Part shown: piece by piece, positions 38,252 through 48,606 of the stretch
Layout of the letters: each line of letters starts with the position of its first letter
Position numbering within the stretch: position 1 is the stretch's first letter
Assembly: GCA_937983055.1 (NCBI GenBank)
Contig: CALJLA010000068.1
Span: 784 to 64,783 of the forward strand
Length of the DNA: 64,000 nucleotides
Origin: an uncultured Pseudomonadota bacterium
GTDB taxonomy: Bacteria > Pseudomonadota > Gammaproteobacteria > Burkholderiales > Eutrophovitaceae
Direction: 5' to 3'
Made by a program: the position numbers and the translations under genes
The notes under the pieces: generated by a model
What the model saw: only the letters and a program-made list of their open reading frames with translations
The model's database searches: none
Told to the model about the DNA's origin: nothing

Positions 38252-38641
38252 ATGAGTTACTATTTTGCGAAGATTCTGTCTGAGGAGCACTTTGACGACG
38301 TGGTTGCCCGCGTGACCGACGCTCTGCGGGACGAGGGATTTGGCATCCTGACCGAGATAGACGTTCGTGCCACGATGAAAAAGAAGCTCGACAAGGACGT
38401 CCACGACTACCGTATCCTTGGTGCTTGTAATCCGCCGCTGGCGTATCAGGCGCTACAGGCGGAGGACAAAATTGGCACCATGCTGCCCTGCAACGTCATC
38501 GTAAGAACAACCGACGACGGCCATGTCGAGGTTGCTGCGGTCGATCCCGCAGCATCGATGCAGGCGGTCGACAATGCTGATCTGACGGCCATCGCAGAAA
38601 CGGTTCGCGACAAGCTCAAACGCGTCATCAACGCACTCTAG
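38252..38641 (+). CDS. DUF302 domain protein
   Basis: GFGILTEIDVRATMKKKL and YRILGACNP motifs typical of DUF302. Confidence 0.75.
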   Translation: MSYYFAKILSEEHFDDVVARVTDALRDEGFGILTEIDVRATMKKKLDKDVHDYRILGACNPPLAYQALQAEDKIGTMLPCNVIVRTTDDGHVEVAAVDPAASMQAVDNADLTAIAETVRDKLKRVINAL

Positions 38642-38840
38642 CCGCGGTTACGGACGATCAGAAAAGCCGCAGGCCCTGCCGATCCCCAGTATTGTGAAGG
38701 CCTCTCAGCAATGCAGGCCCCATGTTGGCGGTTCTTCAGATATTACACCTGCGGCCCTGGCGGGAAATGCCAGTGACAATAGGTCGGTGACGTCGACGAT
38801 GCATAGTACAGATGCTTGTTCTTTAGCGCGCCGTAGCCAT

Positions 38841-39497
38841 TCAATTCGTGTGTGGTTTGCTCGCGGTAAGCAATGTCAACGTGCCGAAAACGGTCGCAAA
38901 CCTCGCTGTTTCATCCACACTGTCTGCACCCGCTTCCTTGAGCATCGCCGCAATCCGGCCTTGGACGTTGTCGCGGGTATTGGCAAAACCATCCAAGACT
39001 CTGACGGGAAAGAATAGCAGGCGCATGAGCCAATTCTCCGGCGTGCCCCAGTCTGCGATGTGCAATTCGCCCCCGGGCGCCAGCACGCGCATGATCTCAA
39101 TAAACGCTCGGCGTTTTCCGTCGCGCTGCAGATGATGGAAGAACAAACTGGACACCACGCGGTCGGCGAACGCGTCGTCAAACGGCAAGGCAGTGGCGTT
39201 GCCTTCGACCAATGTAATATTGACAGCTGCTTTACGGGCCTTGACCTCGGCCAGCCGTAGAATGGCCGGATCTGCATCGAGCCCGATCACCTGCGCCGAT
39301 GGATGCCGCTGTTTCAAGCGGATGGCAAGTGTGCCGGTACCACAGCCAACATCGATCACGGTTGCGTTCTCAGGTACCTGCGCGGCATCGATGAGCGCTT
39401 GCTTCACCGTTGAGTCGCGGGTGGTGAGTTGCACGATGGGATCGTAGAATCGCGTCAATGCCTTGAACCGGAGCGCGGGTATAAAGTCACCGGTCAT
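38841..39497 (-). CDS. class I SAM-dependent methyltransferase
   Basis: VIDVGCGTGTLAIRL motif I and LAPGGELHIAD post-II region. Confidence 0.8.
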   Translation of the reverse strand: MTGDFIPALRFKALTRFYDPIVQLTTRDSTVKQALIDAAQVPENATVIDVGCGTGTLAIRLKQRHPSAQVIGLDADPAILRLAEVKARKAAVNITLVEGNATALPFDDAFADRVVSSLFFHHLQRDGKRRAFIEIMRVLAPGGELHIADWGTPENWLMRLLFFPVRVLDGFANTRDNVQGRIAAMLKEAGADSVDETARFATVFGTLTLLTASKPHTN

Positions 39498-39799
39498 ACC
39501 GAATCCCCTGATTGTTACCAGGAAAGAGGGTATCGCACGGCGCCGACGGAGGCTTGTAACAACTGGCTGTATTCAAGATCTTTCACCCACTGGGTATCGC
39601 CGCCGGCCAAGCGACCTCCCGCCAAATTCCGGGCAGTTTCCAACCTGTCCGGGCTGGCGACTCTCGGCAGTTGCTTTACAACAATAATCTGCTGCAAGAC
39701 GACGAAGTACTAGATATCTCAACAGACCCACGAGCGCGGGTCTAGTGCTTGTTAGGATACGACTTCTGCTTTAATCAATGATCGAACAAAGGAAGGGCA

Positions 39800-40720
39800 G
39801 TGCACACTCATGATTTAGCCGCGTGGCAACACGACCATATCTTTCGACACGACGAAGAGAAGTCCGGTGAACGGCCCACCCTGTGGGTGGTGGTGCTAAC
39901 GGCCATCATGATGGTGATCGAGCTCGTCACCGGTGTGGCGTACGGATCCATGGCATTGCTCGCCGATGGCTTGCATATGGCTTCGCACACAACGGCGCTC
40001 GGTATCGCGCTGCTCGCCTATGTGCTCGCAAGACGGTTTGCAGCAGACCCCCGGTTTGCCTTTGGCGTTGGCAAGGTCAACAGCTTGGCCGGTTTCGCCA
40101 GTGCCGTATTACTTTTGGGGTTCGCTGGCATCATGGTGACGGAGAGCGTGAGCCGCTTCATTGCGCCGCGCGCGATCGCATTCGACCAGGCATTGATCGT
40201 TGCGGTCGTTGGTCTGGTCGTGAACGGAGTCAGCGCCTGGATACTGATGTCCACGCCACATGACCATGGTCATGGTGATTCGCACGACCACCATCATCAT
40301 GACCACAATCTCCGAGCGGCATATTTGCATGTGATCGCGGACGCTCTGACATCCTTGCTGGCGATCGCCGCGCTCTTGGCCGGCAAGCACTGGGGCGCCA
40401 ACTGGCTCGATCCCGCCATGGGCATCGTCGGGGCGATACTGGTGGCGCGTTGGTCTCTTGGACTAATCCGCGAATCATCACGGGTACTCTTAGACCGACA
40501 AGCAGATGATGCTGTCTTGTCTTCCGTCCGGAGATCTGTCGAGGTCGAGTCGTCGGATCGAGTGACCGACCTACACGTTTGGCGGATTGGTCATGGGATC
40601 TACTCAATTGAACTGGCCGTGGTCAGCCACGATCCACAACCACCCGAACACTACAAAGGTCTGATCCCGTCTGCACTGAACGTAGTGCACGCTACGGTCG
40701 AAGTGCATCGGTGTTCGTAA
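39800..40720 (+). CDS. cation diffusion facilitator, DmeF/CzcD-like
   Basis: LLADGLHMASH and AYLHVIADALTS motifs, a His-rich loop HDHGHGDSHDHHHHDHN, and a GTG start. Confidence 0.85.
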   Translation: MHTHDLAAWQHDHIFRHDEEKSGERPTLWVVVLTAIMMVIELVTGVAYGSMALLADGLHMASHTTALGIALLAYVLARRFAADPRFAFGVGKVNSLAGFASAVLLLGFAGIMVTESVSRFIAPRAIAFDQALIVAVVGLVVNGVSAWILMSTPHDHGHGDSHDHHHHDHNLRAAYLHVIADALTSLLAIAALLAGKHWGANWLDPAMGIVGAILVARWSLGLIRESSRVLLDRQADDAVLSSVRRSVEVESSDRVTDLHVWRIGHGIYSIELAVVSHDPQPPEHYKGLIPSALNVVHATVEVHRCS

Positions 40721-41196
40721 CGAAGAACTTTCCGACATATTGTGAATTGGACGGCGCGACGGAAGCACTGCGGACCGCAACAAACCGAGCTGATCTCGTC
40801 TTCATCGCAGAAGCATATGTTTCGGTCGCAGACACGCAGCACGCCTCTGCTCTATACATCACCCCACCAGTCGCACGGCCACGGCAAATCGAGCGGTGAG
40901 CAGCGAAAAGGTCGGCACGGGCGGAAAGTAGCTAACCATCAACGGTGTTTAACGAAAGCGTTTCAAGTGCTGCGCCTCCAATTGGTCAGTTGGGTGCAGC
41001 GGGCCGACCGGACAATGATGCACCTTCATCGGAATGGAGCGACAGGAATCTAAAGGGCATCAGGTCTGGCGACTGGGCATGGAAAATACTGGGACAGCTG
41101 ACGGATCAACGCAGCGATCTCGCCGCATACGCAACTCAACGGAACAACGGACCTCGTGACGTCTTCTGACCTTGCCTATCACCCGCCTGCCCTAGG

Positions 41197-41529
41197 GTAC
41201 AGCTGGATATCGTCGATGCAGGGGCGATGCCTTGCGACAAGGTGAGATCGCTGGTCAAGCGACGCCTCGAGCGTGTGCGGGCCCGGATTGCCGAATTGCA
41301 GACGATGGAATCCCGAATGGCCGATGCAGTCCAGCAGTGGCGGACCATTGACGACCCGGCAAGGCGCGACGACGAGTTGTGCCCGTTGATCGAAAGGGTT
41401 GAAGTGCGTGATTGCGGTGGCCCGGAGACCGGTCGCCGCGAAACGCGCCGCAACCCGAACCCGACCGCCTGCCATTGCGCGCGACCGGGAGCAGCGAGTC
41501 AGCCGGCCGAGTCCGGTCAGCGCTATTGA
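41197..41529 (+). pseudogene. 5'-truncated MerR paralog 3 (C-terminal effector half only)
   Basis: LDIVDAGAMPCDKVRSLVKRRLERV...ELCPLIERVEVRDCGGP...TACHC aligns with residues about 80 to the end of the 28140 paralog. No HTH-encoding sequence lies upstream. Confidence 0.6.
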
Positions 41530-41600
41530 CGTTGCGCAACTCGTCGGAGCATGGACGGCCAATTACGAGTGTCGCGCAGCGTGTCATGCACAAAAAAAGC

Positions 41601-41631
41601 TTGACCTTCCCATAAGGGGAAGGTTTATCGT
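41601..41631 (+). promoter_or_regulatory. CueR-type promoter/operator (TTGACC-N19-TATCGT)
   Basis: TTGACCTTCCCATAAGGGGAAGGTTTATCGT, with the dyad ACCTTCCC-N5-GGGAAGGT as in E. coli PcopA. Confidence 0.7.
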
Positions 41632-41671
41632 AATGCCTGCCCTACCAGGGCTTTTTCTGGAGGATCAGGCC

Positions 41672-42067
41672 ATGAACATTGGTCAGGCGGCGGCCGCCAC
41701 CGGCGTTACCGCCAAGCGTATTCGTTATTACGAGCAGATCGGCCTCATCGAGCCGGCCGGGCGCACGGGCTCGGGTTACCGCCATTTCGACGAACGCGAC
41801 CTGCACACCTTGCGCTTCATCCAGCGTGCGCGACATCTCGGCTTCCCGATGCCGAAGATCGCGAACCTGCTGGCGCTGTGGCGCGACCAGAATCGCAGCA
41901 GCGCCGACGTCAAGCGGCTGGCCAAGGAACACATTGCAGAACTCGAGCAAAAGATCGCCGAGCTGCAGTCAATGGTCGACACGCTGAAGCACCTGGCGCA
42001 CCAGTGCAGCGGCGACGAGCGGCCCGATTGCCCGATCATCGCCGGCTTCGAAGGAGAACAATCATGA
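41672..42067 (+). CDS. cueR: Cu(I)-responsive MerR-family regulator CueR/HmrR
   Basis: [28 protein letters not shown] and the C-x8-C metal loop [16 protein letters not shown] overlap with copA. Confidence 0.85.
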   Translation: MNIGQAAAATGVTAKRIRYYEQIGLIEPAGRTGSGYRHFDERDLHTLRFIQRARHLGFPMPKIANLLALWRDQNRSSADVKRLAKEHIAELEQKIAELQSMVDTLKHLAHQCSGDERPDCPIIAGFEGEQS

Positions 42068-44286
42068 GCGCGACCTGGACCTGCCCGATGCACCCCGAGG
42101 TGCAGTCGGACAAACCGGGCTCCTGCCCCAAGTGCGGTATGGCGCTCGAGCGCGCCGATGTGCCGGTACGCAAGACGCAGTACACGTGCCCGATGCACCC
42201 GGAAATCGTTCGCGATCATCCCGGCAGCTGCCCGATCTGCGGCATGGCGCTGGAACCGGTCGTCGCGAGCGCCGAGGAAGACACCAGCGAACTCGACGAC
42301 ATGACGCGGCGCTTCTGGGTCAGCGCAGTGCTGACCTTGCCGCTGTTCGTCTACGCGATGGCCGAGATCATCCCTGGCCACCCGCTGGAGCACCTGTTGC
42401 CGGGCGCGTGGCGCCAGTGGGCGCAACTCGCATTGGCAGCGCCCGTGGTGCTTTGGGGCGGTTGGCCGTTCTTCGTGCGTGGCTGGAACTCGGTTCGAAC
42501 GATGAACCTGAACATGTTCACGCTGATTGCGCTCGGCGTCGGCGTCGCCTTTGTCTACTCGGTCGTCGCAGTCGCAATGCCGGGCATCTTTCCGCAGGCA
42601 TTTCAGAATGCCGCGGGCGAGGTGGCCGTGTACTTCGAGGCGGCCGCCGTCATCACGACGCTGGTGTTGCTCGGCCAGGTGCTCGAACTGAGGGCTCGCA
42701 GCCAAACGTCGGGCGCGATACGTGCGTTGCTCGAACTCGCGCCGCCAACCGCGCTCAGGATTTCACCCGATGGTAGCGAGCAGGAAGTATCGCTCGACGA
42801 TCTCGCACCGGGTGACCGCCTGCGCGTCAAGCCGGGCGAGAAGGTTCCGGTCGACGGATCGGTCGTCGACGGTCACAGTTCTGTCGACGAGTCGATGGTC
42901 AGTGGTGAGCCTATTCCGGTCGAGAAGCGTGCGGGCGACAAGCTTATCGGCGGTACCGTCAACGGGACCGGCAGCCTCATCATGGAGGTTACCCGGGTCG
43001 GGGACGATACCTTGTTGTCACAGATCGTGCGCATGGTCGCCGAAGCGCAGCGCAGCCGGGCACCGATTCAGAAGCTGGCCGATCTCGTTGCGGCGTGGTT
43101 TGTACCGGCCGTCGTCGTCATCGCGATCATTACGTTCATCGTCTGGTCGATCTGGGGGCCCGCGCCCGCGATGGCTTACGCCATCGTCAACGCCGTTGCG
43201 GTTCTGATCATTGCCTGTCCCTGTGCGCTCGGCCTCGCCACACCGATGTCGATCATGGTCGGTACCGGCAAAGGTGCGCAGAACGGTATCCTGATCAAGA
43301 ATGCCGAAGCACTCGAGACCTTCGAGAAGGTGGACACCGTCGTCGTCGACAAGACAGGTACGCTGACGGAGGGCCGGCCGAAGCTGGTCATGGTCGAAGC
43401 GGCCGGTGGGCACGACGAGAATGAAATGTTGCGCCTCGTCGCATCTGTCGAGCGAGCCAGCGAACACCCGCTGGCCGAGGCCATCGTCGAGGGCGCCGCG
43501 GCTCGATCACTGGAGATCGCGTCCGCCAGCGACTTCGAATCGGTAACCGGCGAAGGCGTCAAGGCCCAAGTTGGCGGCGCCGCCGTTGCAATCGGCAACA
43601 GCAAGTTTATGAAGCGGCTCGGCGCCGAGGATTTCGCGCTCGCGGACGCCGCCGAAAAGCACCGTGCCGACGGTCAAACGGTCATGTTCGTCGCAATCGA
43701 CGGCAGGCCTGCCGGCATCGTTGGCGTGGCCGACCCGATCAAGGAGTCGACGCCGGAGGCCATACGCATGCTGCACCAGGCCGGCCTCAAGGTCGTGATG
43801 TTGACAGGCGACAGTCGTGGCACCGCCGAAGCCGTTGCACGCCAGATCGGCATCGACGAGGTGCATGCCGACGTCTCGCCGGAGGACAAGAATCGCGTCG
43901 TCCGCGAACTGCAGGCAGCCGGCTCTGTCGTCGCCATGGCTGGCGACGGCATCAACGACGCGCCGGCACTCGCACAAGCTGACGTTGGCATAGCGATGGG
44001 TACGGGTACCGATGTCGCAATGGAAAGCGCCGGCGTCACGCTCGTGCGCGGCGACCTGATGGGCGTCGCCAGGGCACGTTTGCTGAGCCGGGCAACCATG
44101 CGCAATATTCGAGAGAATCTTTTTTTCGCGTTCGCGTACAACACCGCCGGTGTGCCGATTGCGGCAGGCGTGCTGTACCCGGTCTTCGGATTGCTGCTGA
44201 GCCCGATGATTGCCGCCGCGGCGATGAGCCTGAGCTCGGTCTCGGTCATCGGCAACGCGCTTCGTCTGCGCAGGTTGAAGTTGTAG
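42064..44286 (+). CDS. copA: Cu(I)-translocating P1B-1 ATPase with two N-terminal HMBD motifs
   Basis: [24 protein letters not shown] and [24 protein letters not shown], with CPC ([12 protein letters not shown]), [15 protein letters not shown], YNxxxxP and MSLSS motifs. Confidence 0.9.
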   Translation: MSATWTCPMHPEVQSDKPGSCPKCGMALERADVPVRKTQYTCPMHPEIVRDHPGSCPICGMALEPVVASAEEDTSELDDMTRRFWVSAVLTLPLFVYAMAEIIPGHPLEHLLPGAWRQWAQLALAAPVVLWGGWPFFVRGWNSVRTMNLNMFTLIALGVGVAFVYSVVAVAMPGIFPQAFQNAAGEVAVYFEAAAVITTLVLLGQVLELRARSQTSGAIRALLELAPPTALRISPDGSEQEVSLDDLAPGDRLRVKPGEKVPVDGSVVDGHSSVDESMVSGEPIPVEKRAGDKLIGGTVNGTGSLIMEVTRVGDDTLLSQIVRMVAEAQRSRAPIQKLADLVAAWFVPAVVVIAIITFIVWSIWGPAPAMAYAIVNAVAVLIIACPCALGLATPMSIMVGTGKGAQNGILIKNAEALETFEKVDTVVVDKTGTLTEGRPKLVMVEAAGGHDENEMLRLVASVERASEHPLAEAIVEGAAARSLEIASASDFESVTGEGVKAQVGGAAVAIGNSKFMKRLGAEDFALADAAEKHRADGQTVMFVAIDGRPAGIVGVADPIKESTPEAIRMLHQAGLKVVMLTGDSRGTAEAVARQIGIDEVHADVSPEDKNRVVRELQAAGSVVAMAGDGINDAPALAQADVGIAMGTGTDVAMESAGVTLVRGDLMGVARARLLSRATMRNIRENLFFAFAYNTAGVPIAAGVLYPVFGLLLSPMIAAAAMSLSSVSVIGNALRLRRLKL

Positions 44287-44307
44287 CCGGAATAAAGAGA
44301 CAGGAAT

Positions 44308-45612
44308 ATGGAATCGAGCAACGACTACAAATCCGGCAGCCTGACGCTGACTGCGACGGTGGCAATGGGTACCGGGGTCATGATCGGTGCGGGCATCTTC
44401 GCGCTAACCGGACAGGTCGCGGAGTACGCGGGACCCATGTTCCCGCTGGCATTTTTGCTCGCTGCGGTTATCAGTGCCTTCAGCGCCTACACCTATATAA
44501 AGGTAACGAGCAAGTATCCGTCCGCCGGCGGCATCGCGATGATCCTGCAAAAAGCCTACGGCAAGACCATGATGACCGGCGCCTGCGCCCTGCTGATGGC
44601 ATTCTCGATGATCATCAACGAGAGCCTGGTCGCTCGAACCTTCGGTACCTATACCCTGCAGCTCTTCGACGCGGGAGATCAGGCATGGCTGGTTCCCTTG
44701 CTGGCCGTCGGCCTGATCGTCGTCGCGTTCCTGATCAATATCGCCGGCAATCGCCTGATCGGCGCGGTATCCAAGGTCACGGCAGCAATCAAGATCCTGG
44801 GCATCGTCGGGTTCGCGGCGGCAGCCTTGTGGGCCGCGGGCTTCACATTTGAGCCGGCAACGACGGGCGTCGTTGACGACACGTCGGCAACAGGATTTCT
44901 CGCCGGCGTTGCCCTCGCGATTCTCGCGTACAAGGGCTTTACAACAATCACTAACAGTGGCGGCGAAGTCGTCGAGCCGCACAAGAATGTCGGTCGAGCA
45001 ATAATGATATCGCTCGGAATCTGCGTCGCTGTTTACATGCTTGTAGCGTTCGGCGTGGGTTCTACGCTGACAATCGACGAGATCGTGCGAGCGAAGGACT
45101 ATTCGCTCGCCGAAGCAGCACGCCCAGCACTCGGTGACAATGGCGTCTGGTTCACGGTGGCCATTGCCATCATCGCCACCAGCTCGGGTCTGCTGGCGAG
45201 CGTTTTTGCGGTGTCGCGAATGCTCGCGATGCTGACGAATATGAATATCATTCCGCACCGGCATTTCGGCATGCCGGGCGGCATCCAGAAGCACACGCTG
45301 GTATATACCGTGGTACTTGCCGCTGTGCTGGCGGCGTTCTTCGATCTGAGCCGGATCGCGTCGCTCGGTGCGATTTATTACCTCGTCATGGACATCGCTG
45401 TTCACTGGGGCGTCTGGCGTCACCTTCGGGACGACGTCGGTGCCCGTGCCTGGGTGCTGATTGTCGCGATGCTTCTCGATGCACTGGCCCTGGTTGCCTT
45501 CCTGGTCATCAAGGGAGGAGCGGACCCGCTGATCGTTGGCATAGCCGCTGGTTCGATCGCCCTTATATTCGGATTTGAAAAATACTACCTGGCGAGGCGG
45601 CGCGGGCAGTGA
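44308..45612 (+). CDS. APC-superfamily amino acid permease, paralog B
   Basis: 434-aa ORF that is collinear and highly similar to 31891-33222. It starts 21 bp after the copA stop. Confidence 0.85.
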   Translation: MESSNDYKSGSLTLTATVAMGTGVMIGAGIFALTGQVAEYAGPMFPLAFLLAAVISAFSAYTYIKVTSKYPSAGGIAMILQKAYGKTMMTGACALLMAFSMIINESLVARTFGTYTLQLFDAGDQAWLVPLLAVGLIVVAFLINIAGNRLIGAVSKVTAAIKILGIVGFAAAALWAAGFTFEPATTGVVDDTSATGFLAGVALAILAYKGFTTITNSGGEVVEPHKNVGRAIMISLGICVAVYMLVAFGVGSTLTIDEIVRAKDYSLAEAARPALGDNGVWFTVAIAIIATSSGLLASVFAVSRMLAMLTNMNIIPHRHFGMPGGIQKHTLVYTVVLAAVLAAFFDLSRIASLGAIYYLVMDIAVHWGVWRHLRDDVGARAWVLIVAMLLDALALVAFLVIKGGADPLIVGIAAGSIALIFGFEKYYLARRRGQ

Positions 45613-45703
45613 AATCAATGATATACAAACTGTGTAAAATGCCAGGAAGAATTCGTAAGCACCCCGTTTGTGCTCTGCAATCGAAAGAGCTAGCCTTATA
45701 GCA

Positions 45704-46129
45704 ATGATGCGAGCGCGAAAATCCATTGCCGGCCTGTTCGCCATAGTCCTCGTCTTGTCTGCTTGGACCGGGGCAGGGGCTATGTGCGAAATGGATGCGG
45801 CGCTGACCACCGCGTCCGCCTCCGCAAGTACGGATGCCCACGCGCATCACGCCACCAACACGGCTTCGCAAGATCACCAGGGCATGGATCACAGCAAACA
45901 TCTCGCTGCTAGCGGCGGCGAGGCAGAACAGGGATCCTCGGTCGAGTGCCCGTGTTGCGGCAGTTGCGCCTCGATGTGTGTACTTTCGAGCGGCAGCCCG
46001 ATCGTAACGTCGGTCGCTACCGGCCTTTTTTCGGTTGGCGCAGGCGCTGAGCGTTCACCGAAGGCAGATGCGTTTCGGGCTGGCCCGACGCCTCACGCAC
46101 CCTACCGACCTCCAATTCTCTCTGCGTAG
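45704..46129 (+). CDS. exported Cys/His-rich protein (DUF2946/CopL-like), paralog B
   Basis: Signal peptide with DAHAHHATN, VECPCCGSCASMC and a C-terminal PYRPPILSA. Confidence 0.5.
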   Translation: MMRARKSIAGLFAIVLVLSAWTGAGAMCEMDAALTTASASASTDAHAHHATNTASQDHQGMDHSKHLAASGGEAEQGSSVECPCCGSCASMCVLSSGSPIVTSVATGLFSVGAGAERSPKADAFRAGPTPHAPYRPPILSA

Positions 46130-46253
46130 TTAAGCCGCCCTCCGGGGCCGGCTGGCCGTTCATCGTTTGATAACGATGAATGGTCGTGGGTTCTCGCATT
46201 CGACTCCGGCCGAATGCGAATCAGCGACACCATTTAACTCTCAGAGATTTGCC

Positions 46254-46937
46254 ATGAAAACTCTACTCAAGCTCGCCGCCGTGCTGGTGATCGGTGTCGT
46301 CGGCATTATCGCGTTCGCGTATTCCGGCCTTTACGATGTCAGCGCAAGCGCACCGCATAGCGGCGCAGTCCACTGGCTGCTGTCGACGACCTCCCATGCA
46401 TCCATCGAACGGCGTGCAAGGAAAATCGATGTGCCCGACCTGAGCGATGAGTCACTCGTTCGTGCGGGCGTAAACGACTTCGAAGCCATGTGCGTCGGCT
46501 GCCATGGCGCGCCGGGCAAGGCCGCCGAAGCTATGGGCCAGGGCCTCAATCCACCGGCGCCGGATCTCGCCGAGTCGGCTGCGCGCATGACCCCGGCGGA
46601 ATTGTTCCAGGTGACGAAGCACGGCATCCGGATGACCGGCATGCCGGCCTGGGGCGCGACACACGACGACGATGCGATCTGGCCCGTGGTTGCATTCATG
46701 ACCCGGCTCCCGACACTCGACGCTGACGAATACGACGCGTTTTTGGCTAGCGCTGCCGGCATGGGCCACCACGCGGGTGACGAGCACGGCGCCGGTGCTC
46801 ATGACCACGCAATGGAACCCGCGTCCGGGCAGGCTGACAAAGCCGTTGAGCACGACCACAGCACGCACTCGCATGGTGACGATCCACCACAACCCGACGC
46901 AGACGAATCCCATGACGGCCACGATCATGAGCACTGA
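46254..46937 (+). CDS. membrane-anchored mono-haem c-type cytochrome with His/Asp-rich tail, paralog B
   Basis: CVGCH haem motif and GMPAWG, with a tail ending HDGHDHEH. It is collinear with 37415-38125. Confidence 0.75.
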   Translation: MKTLLKLAAVLVIGVVGIIAFAYSGLYDVSASAPHSGAVHWLLSTTSHASIERRARKIDVPDLSDESLVRAGVNDFEAMCVGCHGAPGKAAEAMGQGLNPPAPDLAESAARMTPAELFQVTKHGIRMTGMPAWGATHDDDAIWPVVAFMTRLPTLDADEYDAFLASAAGMGHHAGDEHGAGAHDHAMEPASGQADKAVEHDHSTHSHGDDPPQPDADESHDGHDHEH

Positions 46938-48606
46938 ATTGCGCAACGACATTTCTGCAGAGCGCCGTCCCCTGGCGCGTGAATCGCAACGGACCGGTGT
47001 GCGATTCCGGCGCCCGTTCGCATTGGTTGCGGTCGTACTGCTCGGCGGCTGTAGCAGCATCCCGGCAGACCTGGGACGCGGCGAGGTCAACGAACTGGTT
47101 ACGGCACGCGGCCAGCCCGTCGATGCGAGAACCGACGAATTGCTCGCGAGATTGACGTCAGCCCCTTTGTCGGCGGAGAGCGCGATCCGCATTGCGCTCA
47201 TCAACAATCCGGAGCTGCAGGCCAGTTATGCAAGCCTCGGTTTCGCTGCAGCCGACGTGTACGAAGCCGGCCGCATAAGAAACCCGATCCTGAGTGGCGT
47301 ATTCCTGGATACGAACGCCGCCGGCGAGCGGGACCAGGTAACGTATGGCCTGGTCGTGTCGTTCACCGACCTGATCACGCTGCCGGCACGCAAGCGCCTG
47401 TCGCGCGGCGCATTCGCGGCGATGAAGCACCGGGTTGGCGCCGATGTGCTCGGCGTGTCGGCGGCTGCCGAGAAGGTTTATTACGACTACGTCGGCGCAC
47501 AGCAGGTGGCAGCCCTCAGGGCCCAGATCGCCAAAGCCGGCGAACTTTCCGCACGGCTGGCGCAGCGATTCTTCGATGCCGGCAATCTTGCGCCACGCGA
47601 GTTGGCGATGGAGCGAGCGACGGCGTCGGAGGCGCGACTGAACGCGCTGGAGGCGGCCAAAGCATCCTTCGCTGCGAGGACCGCCCTGGCAACCGTGCTG
47701 GGGTTGTCGGTCGGCGAGCCCTGGACGGCACCGGCGGCATTGCGGTTGCCGGTCGCCACCGAAGACGATCTCGATGAGTTGCTGGCGCTCGCCCGTAATT
47801 CCCGGCTCGACCTTGCTGCCGCACACACGAATGCCGATGTACTGGCGGATCGCCTCGGCGTCGTGAACTGGACCCGATGGCTGGGCGATCTCGACGTCGG
47901 TTTCGAGCGCGAGCGGGACACTGACGGCTCGCGGCTTTCGGGTCCTACGGTCGACTGGGAGGTACCGATCTTCAACCAGCATCGCGACGCACTGCTGCGA
48001 GCCGACGCGGAATTACAGGTAGCAGTCAGCAACGTGCGTCGCGTGACACTCGACGTCGACAACAGTGTGCGCCTTGCACACGCAGCGCTGCAGAACGCGC
48101 GCGCAAGAATCGACGAGTACCGAACGACACTGTTACCGCAACGAGTCGAAACGGTCGCGCGCGCACAAGAGGAAGTGAACTTCATGTTGATTGGCATTTT
48201 CGAGCTGATCGCCCTGAAGCAGGACGAGTATGACGCTTACCAGGGCTATCTCGAAGCCATACGTGACTATTGGCTGGCACGCGCAGAGCTGGCGCTCGCC
48301 GTCGGCACGTCACTGCCGAGTGCGGCCAGCATCGGCGACGAACGCATCGACGTGGAGGAATTCGTCCGGCCGGCAGAGAGCGGCGGTGATCACACTGGAC
48401 ATGGCGGCATGCACGACGACATGGCAATGCCGGAGAACGGCGAAAAAGAGTCGGCCATGCCGATGGATCATTCCGGTCACCGGATGAATAAGGACGACGG
48501 CGCGCACCAGTCGCCGCAGCACGAAAAGCCGAAAGACAACCGACCCGACCCGGGCAGTAGCGCAGATCAAAATCAGCACGAGCACGATCACGGAGGTGCA
48601 CAATGA
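46927..48606 (+). CDS. TolC/CusC-family outer-membrane lipoprotein with His/Met-rich C-terminal extension
   Basis: Lipobox LLGGCSS and two OEP-type repeats. About 90 aa of tail follow (HTGHGGMHDDMAMP...MPMDHSGH...QHEHDHGGAQ). The start overlaps the cytochrome stop by 11 nt. Confidence 0.8.
   Translation: MSTELRNDISAERRPLARESQRTGVRFRRPFALVAVVLLGGCSSIPADLGRGEVNELVTARGQPVDARTDELLARLTSAPLSAESAIRIALINNPELQASYASLGFAAADVYEAGRIRNPILSGVFLDTNAAGERDQVTYGLVVSFTDLITLPARKRLSRGAFAAMKHRVGADVLGVSAAAEKVYYDYVGAQQVAALRAQIAKAGELSARLAQRFFDAGNLAPRELAMERATASEARLNALEAAKASFAARTALATVLGLSVGEPWTAPAALRLPVATEDDLDELLALARNSRLDLAAAHTNADVLADRLGVVNWTRWLGDLDVGFERERDTDGSRLSGPTVDWEVPIFNQHRDALLRADAELQVAVSNVRRVTLDVDNSVRLAHAALQNARARIDEYRTTLLPQRVETVARAQEEVNFMLIGIFELIALKQDEYDAYQGYLEAIRDYWLARAELALAVGTSLPSAASIGDERIDVEEFVRPAESGGDHTGHGGMHDDMAMPENGEKESAMPMDHSGHRMNKDDGAHQSPQHEKPKDNRPDPGSSADQNQHEHDHGGAQ

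Noticed and set aside
39498-39799. The palindromes AGATATCT and AGACCC-N8-GGGTCT upstream of the DmeF-like gene as an RcnR/DmeR operator.
   Set aside because: No DmeR/RcnR/CsoR-family gene is present, and the sequences do not match the TACT-G6-N-AGTA type site that I recall. The evidence is too weak to report as a feature.
46927-48606. Calling the TolC-like gene cusC as part of a CusCBA system.
   Set aside because: No CusB (MFP), CusA (RND) or CusF genes are in the window, so only the family (outer-membrane factor) is asserted.
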